Notes: generated from the letters alone by a model not told the origin. Shown: positions 21,820 through 35,035, counted from the first letter of the stretch. The stretch is 61,331 nucleotides of DNA from Phoronis australis (GCA_002633005.1 NMRA01001063.1:1-61331), one strand, 5' to 3'. Made by a program: numbers and translations.

Positions 21820-24339
21820 GTAAGCTTCATTTAGCTTTAAATAAAGCTAAAAATGGTAGTGTCATGTCCATAGTCGCCGCCAGGCGGGCAGAAGATAACG
21901 GTGCCTCTGCTACCGCCACTCGCTGTTGCGCCACCGTCTTTACTAGGCCTATATTGCGCGGCCATTCTGGGTGTACAACAATTTTGCGTTTCCTGGTCGT
22001 TTGAGTCACCTACCCTCCGTCGTCACTAATTTTTGCAGCCCCTCCCGTTCGTTTGCACCGCCATCTTTCCTCCGTTGCAACTCCTTTGTACAGATTATGG
22101 ATTTGAATTCAAAGTTCTTCACCCACCCAAAGTATAAGGTCATTCAGTCAGCAGGGCTTCCCATCCACCTGTACATCATAGCTACACTGGAAACACCAGA
22201 ATTCGATATTCAATACGAAAAACCTCCCGTTTGGTTCAATTCCAGATGACTGCGGTTTCGGCTTGTTCATTCTTTTAAAAGAGTTTTAGTGCTCTTTTTT
22301 CCGGCATCATGACTCGCAGGCCAATTATCTACCACGGTTCAAAGAGTTACTTGGGGGGCGCACCATAGGGGACTGGGGGCTTATAGCCTCTCCACTTTTC
22401 TCGGTGCTGCGCCGCCCATGCAAAAGCATTCATCAAATTTTACCAGAGAACCGAAACGTAAGGAATCTCTTCGGCTAACATTTATCGCATTTCGTCGGAT
22501 TAAAGTGATTCGTTTACGAAAAAAAAATTCAATTACAGAAGCCTAACAGTTCAAAAAATCACCAGTTTGCAGTCCACGATATATTAACTTATTTTAGTCA
22601 GTGCTTTATTGTCGTGAAGCCATCGCTTATGTGGTAATAGTGCCTTGGATCAGATTCCCTGATAATCAGGCCCCTTGACGAGAACGCGAACTGTACATGG
22701 CACCGTAAACGGGCCAAGTTTATAATGATTCTGTCTTTCGTATTATAGTTGGCAATTGTTCAACATTTACCACGTAACTTTATAAAAAGATGTAATAGGC
22801 CTATGCAATTATAGTTCTTACTCTTCCGTTTGCTGGCCAATAACATTTTTAAAAAATCGAGTGCTGAATTCGCGGGCCACTGAGGAATTACTTGACGTAA
22901 TCATGGGTTGGCTGCGAGGTACTCCAGACAGTGTATTTTAGATCTTTTATGCGTGTACTCGCGTTCCGACCAAAGATAGCCGAGTCTGAGATGTCCTCGA
23001 CTCTCGCGGTATCTCAACCAATACATGTTGATCCGTGAAAGTCAGATAAGACGCTGTAAATCTCAACTCATAAGGTTGACTTATTAACGCTTCTGAAACC
23101 ACAGTACATATAAGCTTAAATTTCACTATTCAGTTTTGCTCGACAAACATGTTATTGGGAACATTTTTACAATTCCATGAAAATCAATCGATAATGTCGA
23201 AAGTATTTGTCATGAAAATAGGACGTGGATTTCATTTCCACGAATGCGCCATTATGCTTGAAGACGAGGTGTTGTGTTCAATCTACAAATATTCCTGCAT
23301 GTTTGGAACATGCGCGCTTTCACGTTTGCGTTAATAAATTGATACTAAAACCAGGCGTTGTGTCCAAAACAATAATGCTCAACTGTCATTTTTAGACGCC
23401 ACCAAAGTGCGCAAGTTGTGAATATTACCTTAGATTACGGATGTTTGAAATACAGATGTCTAAATAAACATTGGAATCACTGCTGTAGTGGGGCGTAGGC
23501 GCACGTAGGCGCAGCCAATCATCTTTAGGTATTTGAACGTAGCGCCTATGCACCGTAAGTTACGTTCAGTGCTCAAGGTGGTACGGTGGGCTTTGGGCGT
23601 CTACTTACCTTTTATTTTACCACCACAGAATTAACTAGAACATAGACCTCGGCCTTCTTTCAATAAATTTTCATAATTTATTAGTGGTAGCCCGTCACAG
23701 TTTGTGAGATCAATCGTGAACTTGAAAATTCGTAGAAATCTTTGTTTACGATAGCCGGTACACTTTGTACACCTCAAGGCTTCGTATCGACAAGTCTATT
23801 CATGGCATTATTTCTAACCTCTTCCTTATTTATTTTCGGTTGTTCGTGAGCACGGCATGTGATACGCTCATGGTGGACACTTGCATAGTATATTTGCTGG
23901 CACACGGTTGTTTTGAACCTGTATGGACTTTCAGTTGTCAATCTCTAGTAACCTGCTTAGACCACTGAGCCATCCATAAACTTCGAGGGAAATATGCCAG
24001 GTACCACTTCGATAATTGTTATGAAGACTAATGGCATTATCGTGCTCCTCCATTTTCCTAGAAGCTAATGAATGACTCAAAAGACCAGTAGCTACCTTCG
24101 CGAGGGTCGTAGAATTTTCTATCTGCAACCTACGGTAAAATTCACTTTTTAGGCCTACAGGAAAACAATGCAGAGACGTTATATTTTGTAGATAACGACC
24201 TGCAGGAGCGGGGTGTATAGCGCTGTTCAGTTTCAGTTTAAGTCTAGCATGGAATGCGCTCAATTCTTTGAAAATGTAGCTGCTAGTTGGGATGTACCAG
24301 TGACACTAAGAAATGCGTTTTTTTTCTTCTTCGTTACAG

Positions 24340-24360
24340 CTCAAGAGTCTACAGATGTTG
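24340..24360 (+). CDS. Putative 21-nt microexon (LKSLQML), phase 0
   Basis: Long polypyrimidine tract plus CAG acceptor, GTGAGT donor. Confidence 0.6.
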
Positions 24361-24532
24361 GTGAGTTCACTGCCCAATAAAAGAGTTTCGTAATCAAATT
24401 TGTTGCCATTGCCGGCTGTAATTGCATGGTACACACCTCTTAGTTGTTCAACAGTACATTTCATGCACTTGGTCTGTATAGTCACTCGCGACCGTCGGTT
24501 CAAATTCCGCTAAAACACCAGCATAATTCACT

Positions 24533-26374
24533 TCAGGGGCGGATCTACGTTTTCAGTAAGGGGGGGTTTAGGATTCCCGCAAAGGTCGAATCCGAGGCAC
24601 GTGGCGCCGAGAGGGGGAAGGTCGGGAGGGGGGTTTCCCCCCTCCGTGTAAGACCATTTTTTTGTTTTTGTAGCCAAATAGTGAAATTTCCATGCATCCT
24701 GGTAAGTTTCTGGCACTAATAACATGTCTCTTGAGTTTTTCTTAAGATAATTTAAAACCCTTCTCGATTTCGTCGCATGAACGTGGCTCACAAGTTTCGT
24801 GAAATCATATTTGTGCACATCTGGGTATGAATTACGCCACCAGCAAAAATTTTTGTTGGAACATCTGCTTATACACACCTTTTTAGCATACGAAAAGTCG
24901 TATATGAAAAAGTGTGGTGTGTGTGGGGGGTTAGACAACTACCAAATATTCAAGAGCATAAGGAGCACCCGACGGGGAGTAAAACATTGAATANNNNNNN
25001 NNNNNNNNNNNNNNNNNNNNNNNNNNNNNNNNNNNNNNNNNNNNNNNNNNNNNNNNNNNNNNNNNNNNNNNNNNNNNNNNNNNNNNNNNNNNNNNNNNNN
25101 NNNNNNNNNNNNNNNNNNNNNNNNNNNNNNNNNNNNNNNNNNNNNNNNNNNNNNNNNNNNNNNNNNNNNNNNNNNNNNNNNNNNNNNNNNNNNNNNNNNN
25201 NNNNNNNNNNNNNNNNNNNNNNTCAGTTGGCACTAAGCCCCCTGAGGTTACCAAGTCCATTCAAAAGACTTACAGCATGCGCAACTAAATTTGATCCGTT
25301 CATCATGGACTACTTCAAACCTTGACGATGTATCCCAGGACCCATTTGCATCTCTTGCAATTTTCGAAATAAACGTCCCAGTGTCTGAACGCTTGAAACC
25401 CGAAGTACAAACATCAAATAAATGCCCATGAGCATGGGCGTTTCGTCGGTTGGGCCTTTCTGCGGAAATTCCCAGTATAGAAAACGGCAGTGGTGCTTAT
25501 TGCAGGTAGAAAGACGGTAGGTGTTGAGGTCGGCACTAGGGCTCCTTAGGAGGCCCATTGAACATCGCACGAGTCCCGCAAGACTTTGTTGTGAAAATAC
25601 AGGCTCCCCGCAATTTCTGGTACTGTAAACTGTTCGCGAATGCGGTCACTTTGTCAATGTGAGTGCCCCCTTGGTCATTCCTTGTATAGACAAAACTTGT
25701 TAGAGTGCATCTTCAAACAGACTCGCGACCAGACCACGGCGCCCGCCACAATAGCAATTCTTCGGAAAACAAGTTTTTTTCAAAAGTATTACACGTACAT
25801 GTACACCGTATGATATTGCGCAAGACAACTTTACTGTACACCACTCAAATTCGAGTTTCAAACGTGTGGGGTGTAATACGATGACACAGCATGACAGATG
25901 TGGTAAAAACGTTGCACGTCAATTCGCCTGAATATCAGGGTTGGGGCACCACAGTATTTCCCTAATCAAATCAAAACATATCTTAGAGTAAAGAAGCTTG
26001 TTATCTAAAGAAATCAGCTATAGAGCTGCTCTTTCAGCGGTGAATCCATCTAAAATGCTTGGCTACTTCAGAAGTGTCGTCGGAAGCGCGCGCACAATTG
26101 ATCTCCGGGGTTTTGTCGATGAGCCACGAAGACTCGAAACGCGTTGATTTTCATAACAGCAATTCACAATGCAAAAAATATATTTTCAGAGTGAACCCCC
26201 CTCCCCCCTCATTTTTTCCAGGTTGGTTTACTTGGGGTTTACACACGCTGGCGGTGCCGGCGTTTTTGTTTTGCTGGAGACGTTTTTGTTTTGTTTTTTG
26301 TTTTTTTAATTTTTGGGTCCTGGCCCGAGGGGGGGGTTTAAACCCCCTGAACCCCCCCGTAGATCCGCCTCTGA
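24533..26374 (+). mobile_element. Non-autonomous hAT-like DNA transposon, copy A (contains an N gap)
   Basis: TIRs TCAGGGGCGGATCTAC...GTAGATCCGCCTCTGA; 8-bp TSD AATTCACT (24525-24532, 26375-26382); both arms match the inverted copy at 39230-44575. Confidence 0.8.
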
Positions 26375-27280
26375 AATTCACTTAACTATCTTAGTGGATA
26401 ATAGAGCTGTAGTCACTGAAGACCTTAAAAAAGGAACGCAGGAGAAAAGCTCGGAATCTCCCGAATAGCTCAGCCTATAGCTCACGTCTGCAACAATTTG
26501 CCTCCTGGTGAGGTTAAGTGAATTTGGTTGCTTTCCTTTATCTGGGTATAGTTTCATAGGCGCAAGGAATGTAGTGTGGTCACAAACTTCGCTTGCAGTA
26601 CATGGCGATATCTTGAGAAGTGTTGCGACTTCTTGCTTATCGGGTAAGAAATTAATATATGTTAGCCCACGTATAACGCTTACCTGTACTGCGAAAATCC
26701 TGACAACATACGGGTGAGGTGGGCCGAGTACGTAACCGATTACTTTCAACAGCCAATGATTAATTGTTGCGTCACCGGCTGACACCTGACAACGGCAAAT
26801 TTGTCTCGCAGTCTCATCATCATCATGGGTACAACTTTTGCGTTCTTTACTACGAACGTAATGAATAGGGGAGTGAGCATTTTGTTAGTTGTGCGCGGTA
26901 ATCCGCGTCAAGCAATGAGCTGATCAGTCGAGTCCGGCAGCTCCACTCGCAGATTGTCGGCCACTTTGGGTCACTTGTGGCGATTGGGGCGCAGAAACCA
27001 AACGTCATGCGATGCATCGCCGGGACACCGAAGAACTTAGAATGACAGTAATCAAATATCACACCATTACCTCTGGGGGGACTTGATGGTTTCAGGTTTA
27101 GTTTAATGGTGACTTTGCTGTCCGACTACTGAAGCAAAAATTCGCTGCCAGTTGAAGTCTTTTGCAGTGACAACCAACCACGTTTATCATTTGGTTGAAT
27201 GCAACTTATTTCCTTTTCCTACAATTCGTGTTCAAGAGATAGCGTTTTGATGAAGAAATTTGTCAAACCGATACTTTCAG

Positions 27281-27415
27281 CTCAGTGAAATGAAATTGGA
27301 AACAACGCCTTATCCAAGTACAACGACGCCACCTGCTGTTGACGAGAGTAAAGTGCAATCTGCGTTGCAAGTTCTGCTGGAAAGGCTTTCACCGGAAGAA
27401 GTTCACGCCCTACAG
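27281..27415 (+). CDS. Putative exon (LSEMKLETTPYPSTTTPPAVDESKVQSALQVLLERLSPEEVHALQ); 3' boundary uncertain
   Basis: ctttcAG acceptor, open in phase 0, protein-like composition. Donor is either GTAAAG at 27348 or GTTATT at 27416. Confidence 0.5.
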
Positions 27416-27646
27416 GTTATTAATACAAGAATCAAATAAACAAATCGTTCGATTTTCCCAGAGGCTGATTATTCTACTAAAAACTGACGTAGGCTCTCAA
27501 ACTGCTAAAAAAGTAATAATATATTTTCATCTCCTCACTAACATGTATTTCGTTAGCAATTCGATCAAGACCTAGGGTTATTACTGTGTAGTTGGATTTT
27601 ATTTAAATTTATGCATTTCCTACCAACAGAATTCCTTGTTTAATAG

Positions 27647-27859
27647 GAGTGGCCAAGTCTTGGATTTATGTTCTCGGTGATGACAATTCAAAGTTTGCAA
27701 CCTGTCAACACTTTACGCCAAACAATTTCCCTGGTCTGCCACTGAAATCCAAAAAATCCTCAGAACAAGAGCGTGAGGCCTTATTGACGCAACTGGTCTA
27801 TTTACAGAGTATTCAACGGAAGTTGGACGATATCAGTAGGTCGCCAGAATTTTATCCAA
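27647..27859 (+). CDS. Putative exon ending ...EQEREALLTQLVYLQSIQRKLDDISRSPEFYP; 5' boundary uncertain
   Basis: Open frame with a strong phase-1 GTAAGT donor at 27860; candidate acceptors before 27630 or 27647. Confidence 0.5.
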
Positions 27860-28191
27860 GTAAGTTTTACACAAATGTTGCTGTATACGAAATTAGCAAA
27901 CATCTGTTTTTAGAATATAAGCAAGCAATTGCAAAGAAACACAAATTTTGCAGAGTTGAGCAAGAAAAATAAGTTGCTTAAAGTGACAAATAAAATTTGA
28001 CAAATAACGAATATTACAAAAGAATTATCACATGTTTACTACAAGATGGGCACCGATAGTGAAGGAATGTTTGAAAAAAAGACTGGAGAACATTAATATT
28101 AAACACGCTTCTTGTTAAAACCCTGTAGGATAAAACGACTCAATCCTTTGAAATATGGTAAGAAATGATACGATTATTTTTCTGATTTCAG

Positions 28192-28317
28192 AAGAAGGAA
28201 AACAATCTTTTGGTTCATTCTATGACAACAACGTGAAAACGGAAACAAAGGAAGAGTCGCGCACCGACCAACATGACGGGCCGCCATTTTCAAATGAACA
28301 GCTAAAAGAGGCCTCTG
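28192..28317 (+). CDS. Putative exon (KEGKQSFGSFYDNNVKTETKEESRTDQHDGPPFSNEQLKEAS), phase 1-1
   Basis: tttttctgatttcAG acceptor, GTAAAG donor, 126 nt, open. Confidence 0.6.
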
Positions 28318-28656
28318 GTAAAGTCAAGTTGAGGCGAAGTGACATTTCCGATTTCCCTTGCTCGACTTCTTTGCGTCTACTTGCAAATAGTGAAAATTCA
28401 AAGACAAAAATATCAATGCCACTGCAAGTTTCAAGCAAAGCAAAAGTCACGGCCACTCCTATCTTCACTTTAACCGTCATAGTAGCCTTAAAGGAGAATG
28501 CCACCCGATTTAATTAGTCTTTTTTGCCGTCTTAATCGGTCTATATCCACTTCGCCTCTTAAACGGTCGACCTTACCTTGCCAAGAGGTGTCACATTAAC
28601 CTGTGAGGAAGGTGAGAAAGGACGCTAGCGACGTCAGTGGTTCATAGGCAGATTGA

Positions 28657-28850
28657 ATGCCGCTATGTTGCGGTGCATCGTTCCCGCTTGTCCGAACTAA
28701 GCAGCTACGAGGAAAGAGGGTATATCGTTTTTTTACTTCCTCGAGAGTCCGAAATGCTTAGGAAGTGGCTCATGGTAGTGAAGAATGAAATGCACGCTGT
28801 AAATAACAAGTATTAGGCCGTGAAACATCTCCGTGTCTGTGGCCTGCAGA
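28657..28850 (+). pseudogene. Decayed THAP domain (DNA transposon remnant)
   Basis: MLRCIVPACPN*...GISFF..P.....RKWL..VK......LRVCG, with stops and a frameshift. Confidence 0.6.
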
Positions 28851-30802
28851 AGTCGACAGTGCCTGACGAATGCGGCTTACCAAATAACTCCATACGTTCC
28901 GTTGTCTGAGCTTGTACACGGCGCCTCTCTAGTATTTCTTCATCACTGTATTCCTGTTCGAATTGATAGCCTGTAAAACTTAACGATCCACCAGCGAAGT
29001 CGGGACTGATGAGCTCTAGCTCGTCCTAAGTCCGGCTTGCGAGTTGCCATGTTGGTGTTTATTACTGAGCGTTCCGTTTCAAAATGAATTATTCTCACCC
29101 TAACCAATACTTCTATAAAACTGAAACAAAGTCTGTCTCATTAGATGCAATTTGTATTGCCTTTGGAGTGTTCGTGAGTGCAAATGATTTGAGAAGCCAG
29201 CAATGAATAAATCACTGCGTTACCGGCTTTAGGTGCAATAAACCAATTGACGGGACACCGAGGCCGTGTGAGATCATGCTAATTTAGTATTTGCTGGCAG
29301 AAACTGTTGTGAAACAACTCGATTTCCATCCCACGGCCGGGTGTTAGGGGAATCTTTATTTACATTTACATTACTCAAATAATGATTGTCAATGTACAAC
29401 TTCTGCCCTGACGGTGCTGTGGCCTAAGCGGAACCTGAATTCGCGGCCGACGAGTAAGTAGATTTGCAGTTTTGTGGCTAATTCACCAACATAATCATGT
29501 GCACGTTACTTTGGCTCAGTAGTATAGTATTTTCTTGACTGGAAGTTTAGTTTCCACTGAACTTTGGCTGGTTTATGTTCGTGATGTGTGATCAGTTTCC
29601 GAGACACTGGCCGGGATAACGAGTCAATCCGGCCGGCCGCGACGGGCCTGATCGGGCTTCGAGCCATCGGTCAGGATAACAAGCGTTTTGTGTTTAGAAC
29701 TCAAAAAATCACAAGTCTAAACAACACAGATCTAGGTTCTCCTGTCTATCTCACGGAAAATACTTCGAAATTATCTCCGAACAGACCCCAAACTCCTGCT
29801 ACGGACCTCATTGGCCTGCAGAACTGTGTAGGCTACGGTGTGTCCAATTACCAGTAAATATATTCCGTAAGAGCGAAGTAGAACTCGGTGTATTTTGAAG
29901 GGTTTTACATCGAAGTTTGATGATTTATCGGTGTTAAACGATGACTTCAAGCGATAAGCTGACACCATTTACCCGTGTTGTGAACTGCTGAACAGACTGC
30001 GTGTGAAACCGATGACATCATTGGATAATTTCAACACCTCCGTCTGCCGTCAGGTGTCAGGTAACGCAACCGAACGTGTCGTTATTGATTAGAACTACTC
30101 GATCTAAATTGATACAAAGTAGTTTGTTTTTGGGTGGCATGCTCCTTTAAACCCGTTTCAAATGAGTGACATTGCCGGCCGAAAGGCTGAGCGCAACCGA
30201 CGTCTGCCGACATCCAACCATTTAGCGAGACAGTCTCGTCCACTTATCGACTCATCCGGAACTCCTTGGGTATGCCTAACCGGTCTCAATTGTTACGCGA
30301 TTTGCATTCTCAATCCTTAGTCTGCCTCTCCTTGTGCTCCCTCATTATAACAGAGGAGTGTCGACATCTCGGACGGATAGGTCTAATTTGAACTAGGGCT
30401 ATAACGAAAATATCCGAGGTGTTACGAATGGGTCGACTCAACATGTCGTGAAAATCTACATTCCATGAGTCCACTCAATAGCTCAACAAAGGAAAACTTA
30501 CGAGGATGGCGAAGCAGAAGTTGTCGAATGCAGAAGTTTTCAACATTGCACGTGTGAATGGCTCCGCCACATATCGTGCTACATAGTTACAAGTTTCGGG
30601 AGAGATGTTGCGAAGAAGTCGAGCAACTTTGCGCCAGACACTTGCAAGTTGGCAGTGTGTGTTTATAGACAGCTCAAAAATGACATTTGAACGCGAAGTC
30701 GAAGGACAACTGAATCTCATCATGTCCGGATTGTATTGTTTGGACCAAGATGATTTTGACGCAAATTCAGTCGCAATTCACAACTTAAAAAAGTTCTTGG
30801 TC

Positions 30803-30841
30803 AATTAACGTTTCGTCTATTCATTAGACATCATCAGGATC
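30803..30841 (-). ncRNA. Minimal hammerhead ribozyme motif in the Penelope pLTR; degenerate copy at 32106-32143 (+)
   Basis: Minus strand reads GAUC-CUGAUGA-U-GUCUA-AUGAA-UAGAC-GAAA-CGUU: conserved core boxes, 5-bp stem II and palindromic ACGU stem III. Confidence 0.7.
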
Positions 30842-31088
30842 ATATTCACAAACGACAGCAAGTGCCAACATACAGCTCGATCAGGTAACATCCATAAAGT
30901 GAAAAGAGGGATACAGGGAATATAGTCAGTCAGAGGCTGGTCATCACCATAGTTGCAGAGTCACTGAGCTCTGCCTGTTATTCAGAGAATCAGTAGCTTG
31001 CTGGTTCTGAAAGACCAACGATTCTTTAATGCACAGTTCCTCATATAATGTTTTCCGCAGATAATACTAACTGAATTGACTTGGTGAT

Positions 31089-31553
31089 TGTGGAGAATAC
31101 GGCCCCACTAATGTGGGGATAGGTCGTGGTAATATAGTTGGATTACCCGGTTCTTGGTTGAACTGTAGATAGTTGGCTAACAAGGTAGCAACAGCAAGTC
31201 AATGGAGAGCAACATAAAAACTAACGCAGTCGTTGAGTTTCTACTGACACAAAAAGTTTATTAACTCTAGCTACAGTATATATAGTGAATAGAAATATGT
31301 GTATGTTGTGAGAGCAAAACAACAACAATATTGAGAGTTCCGGTGATTTCAGCCAACTTCAACATGAATGGAGTCTGGACAGCTGTTTAGCACATAAAGT
31401 TTCACTATGACTGGGCACTGGTCAGTGACATAGTAAACAACAACACAAGAAGTCCGGAATTGTTATATAACATAAATTGTTTTGTTGGGATAGTTGAACG
31501 TCGTAGGAAATAATGAAACTTGCACTTAATTAACTTCGTGAGAATTCATGACA
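31089..31553 (-). mobile_element. Solo LTR (465 bp) nested in the Penelope endonuclease
   Basis: TGT..GAAT...ATTC..ACA ends; exact 5-bp TSD GTGAT (31084-31088, 31554-31558); TATATA followed by AATAAA on the - strand; removing it restores colinearity with the uninterrupted inverted copy. Confidence 0.85.
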
Positions 31554-32239
31554 GTGATTGTTGCTAACACAATGCCTATGCTGCTTTTCTCTGAGCTGTG
31601 AAGTTCTTTAAGCCTGTCACAGAGGCGTCTCAGTGTGAGAGCGATATAGAATTCCTTGCAGTTGTCACATTCAACCTTATAAAGAACATTGCTATTGTTC
31701 AATAAAGGAGTGGGTGACTTCAGTTTACACAGCATATTGGAAATTTTCCGAAGAGGTTTGAAAGCAACTATCAGTTCAACGGCCAATGAATAAGGCGAGA
31801 TAATTGACGTTATACCCCTACTTGGCCAAGAGAAAAGCAACATATATAGGCATTGTGTTAAGAACAATCACCAAGCCAATTCAGTTAGTATTATCTGCAG
31901 AGAACCTAACAAGGAACTACTGTACATTAAAGAGTCATTGGCCATTCAGAACCAGCATGCTCCTGATTCTCTGAATAACAGGCAGAGCAAGTGACCCTGC
32001 AACTATGGTGATGGACAGCTACTGACTATATTCTCTGTATTTCTCACTTCACTTTATGTATGTTACCTGAGCTGTATGCTGGAACTTGCTGTCCTTTGTA
32101 AATATGATCCTGATGGAGTCTAATCAATAGACAAACGTTGATTGAACATGAACTTTTTATTTGTGCGGCAATCGTCCGGTTTTTAATCTTACTGTTGCCA
32201 AAAACTGATTTAATTCGCAACTTGCCATGTATGTCGTCT

Positions 32240-32591
32240 CATGACGGCGACATCTCGTTGTTCCCAACTTGTTCGGTTTTATAGCCCAACAACATGTCGG
32301 GAAGTTTACCCCCGATCAAAATTTGACGTGGAATTCAGCAATGCTATTGGTTTAAGCTCAAATATGTTATATCTTAACTTTTATTTTGATCAGCCCAGCC
32401 CAGTCAGGCTAGATACGATCTGATCGGAGATTAGAGCAATTATCGAACAAAATAGCACAAGCCCTCCAACCATAAATGCCGGTATGGAGTTAATCAGTCG
32501 TGTAAGATATTGGCTACGGGGGTAAACTTCCCAACTTGTTGTTAGGCTATAGAATCGGACAAATTGGGAGCAACGGGATGTCGCCTTCATG
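32240..32591. mobile_element. P-element-type MITE (352 bp)
   Basis: CATGA...TCATG termini, ~75-bp imperfect TIRs, exact 8-bp TSD TGTCGTCT. Confidence 0.8.
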
Positions 32592-32824
32592 TGTCGTCTT
32601 TTCCTGTTTTTACATTCTCTTCTATCCTCGCTGCGTTAATCTGAAGGCTTGGCTCAGAACTAAAAAGGGCTACAAACATTTATTAACACTAGTTTTGCTA
32701 GTCTCGGCAAATGTCCACACTTCGCTTACAATTAATGAAGATTTCTCAGTAATAGGTTTTCGCTTTTTGTAGTTTAGATAAAACCATCGAGTCTTTTAAA
32801 TTTAGTAAATATCTTATCTTACAG

Positions 32825-32896
32825 AAAAACGAGTAGACGGACCTCTCAATTTTAGTTCACTCACAGATGAAAATACAAAGTCCGCTGATAGGCAAC
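32825..32896 (+). CDS. Putative exon (EKRVDGPLNFSSLTDENTKSADRQ), phase 1-1
   Basis: tatcttacAG acceptor, GTAAGT donor, 72 nt, contains a KR dibasic site. Confidence 0.65.
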
Positions 32897-33408
32897 GTAA
32901 GTTAATAATAATGTGTTTGCTATTGAAATTGTATAAATGTTTGGTTTTAAATTTTTAGCAATTATCCCAATGTACTAATGTCTCAGACGAATTTAGTTGT
33001 CTCAGAATTTTGGCGTGACGTGTACTGCACGGCGCATCACCTACGGTCGTGTAACATTTGACCACTGAATGTCATTCAAAATGTTTACTGCCGGTGAATA
33101 ATCGTGCGAATTAGTAAATCGCCATCAACCCTCGCCTTTGATTGAGACCGCTCACGACTACTCGTGTTGTTTCTCACTCAGGTTACTAATTGACATCTTG
33201 GCTTAAGAATATCTTTCAGAACGGACCGATTTTAAAATGCCATGACAGCCATTGCGGTTTCAGTCGCCAAGCTAGGCGGTATGATCGTCATGCAATTTAT
33301 TCAAACAAATAATAATACTGTATCGTTGATAAGTAAATACGCCGTAATGAAAGTTGACGTTTATACTATGGTTTATAGTGAATATGTATGTATGTCTTCA
33401 TTCTTCAG

Positions 33409-33513
33409 GTCTTGACGATGTTGAGGCCAGGCTCATATCTGACATAAAGTATGCGCACGAAAACGGCGTCCAGTTAGACCATATTTTTGAAGATCTCAAG
33501 GCCAAATCACGAG
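33409..33513 (+). CDS. Putative exon (RLDDVEARLISDIKYAHENGVQLDHIFEDLKAKSR), phase 1-1
   Basis: ttcattcttcAG acceptor, GTACGT donor, 105 nt, open. Confidence 0.7.
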
Positions 33514-34244
33514 GTACGTCATGCTGTTGTACTCTAGATAATCTTCACAGTGCATGTGAATTTCGAGATTTCTTTGCATGGATACATGTATGAAAGGGAT
33601 TTTTCCGACACGTGATATACATCTGTGGCCGGTTGCATGAAACAGTCCCAAATACGGACTCAACTAAGTTCCCTAAATCTTTTTCGTATTTTTTTCTTTC
33701 TTTAGGCACATATGTAATGTTTTTATCTTTTTTATCTTTATTACGAGCTCTTCTTTAACTAACGGTATTTCTATTAAAATAACTAAAAACCGAGCCCTTA
33801 ATTCAATCAAAATAATTAGGGACGTAATTCTTAAATTGGGGGCGTTGCATGAAAAGTTCCCTACTCATTTTCAGTAATATTGTTTGCAGCACGTTACCAC
33901 GACATGGACAAAGATGCATCAGAACTCAGCCGTCTGACGTCATGAAAAGAAACAATTCTAATGCGGTGGCCCTAATTAAAGGTGAAGGCAACCTTTTTCC
34001 ATGTCATTTTGAGCTAAAATAAGGTTAATTGGTTATCCTAGACATATTTTCCACTTAATTACAGCTTTTCGTAATTTTATTTATTACTCGTCCGCTACTC
34101 CGGAAGTGACGTTTTAGGAGGCAAGCATTTCCCGCCACTTGGTTTTCATATAGTCTGACTGTGAGAGCTGCCGAGTCAGTCATTGTTCTACCTCGGTTGT
34201 GTTAAGTTCCGTCGTCGTTTGCTTTCATTTACTAGTCAGTCAAC

Positions 34245-35035
34245 ATGCCACACTGTTGCTGCGTACCAGGATGTACTGATTATCGGCTCACGCACGCTTT
34301 GGGAGTACCTTTGCATCGCTTTCCGATGGATGACACACTTCGCCGTACTTGGCTCGTTCGTGTGAAGAACGCAGCGTTACCCGTCCACTCAACGTACAAA
34401 GCAGTGGAGAATTAACCGTGTGTGTGGCAAGCACTTTCTTCCGTCCGATTACGAAAGGGATTTGTACGCTGAACTGGTGAAGGTCCCTGCGAAACAACGT
34501 CTGAAGAAGGATGCCATTCCTTCTGTGTTGATTCCCGGCAGTGCCCCGTCGCCACCCCCGAGAAGTGCGTTTTTGAAGCGAGAAGCCTCGCGAGCTGTGG
34601 CCAGTACAGTGACTGGAGCCAGTGGAGGCACTTCCTCTACTGTCACCCGTGCCTCCGAACGTGCCCCAGAGCGTGCAATTCCTGGAACCAGTAGTGATTC
34701 GCCCTGTGCTGTTTTCTCCAGCCCAGAGCCTCTAAGCAGCCCTGCAGCGATATTGAGTAGTGGGAGTGATTACAGGCCCAGTTCGACACCCAGTGAAGAG
34801 GACAGTTCGTCGTCCAGTGAACAGATCGGTGAGCCAAACTTTGATAAGTTTATTGTGGACTTGTCTAAAGTGTTGGAGCTATTTAGAAGGTGCCAGGTGT
34901 GTGGCGAGGGAGTCACACGACACAATGTAAGCAGTTTGGGTGCTCAGGTCACCATCCAGTGGGAGTGTGTCACGGGACACTCTGGCAAGTGGGACAGTTG
35001 TTCCTCTGTCCGTGGTATGCCGGAGGTCCACTTAA
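34245..35035 (+). pseudogene. Kolobok transposase N-terminus (THAP plus CxxC..C..GH zinc finger), with a 1-nt frameshift at ~34398 and truncation before the DDE domain
   Basis: MPHCCCVPGC..LHRFP..LRRTW / RVCGKHF..DY..RLKKDAIPS; KFIV...LELF..CQVC...C..GH..W.S. Confidence 0.85.

Larger units (their letters stand above)
30786..32160 (-). mobile_element. Penelope-like retroelement remnant: GIY-YIG endonuclease 3' end with an inverted pLTR copy
   Basis: SNVLYKVECDNCKEFYIALTLRRLCDRLKE motif (-). 30786-31088 and ~31830-32160 are diverged inverted copies carrying the endonuclease C-terminus and hammerhead motifs. Confidence 0.85.
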
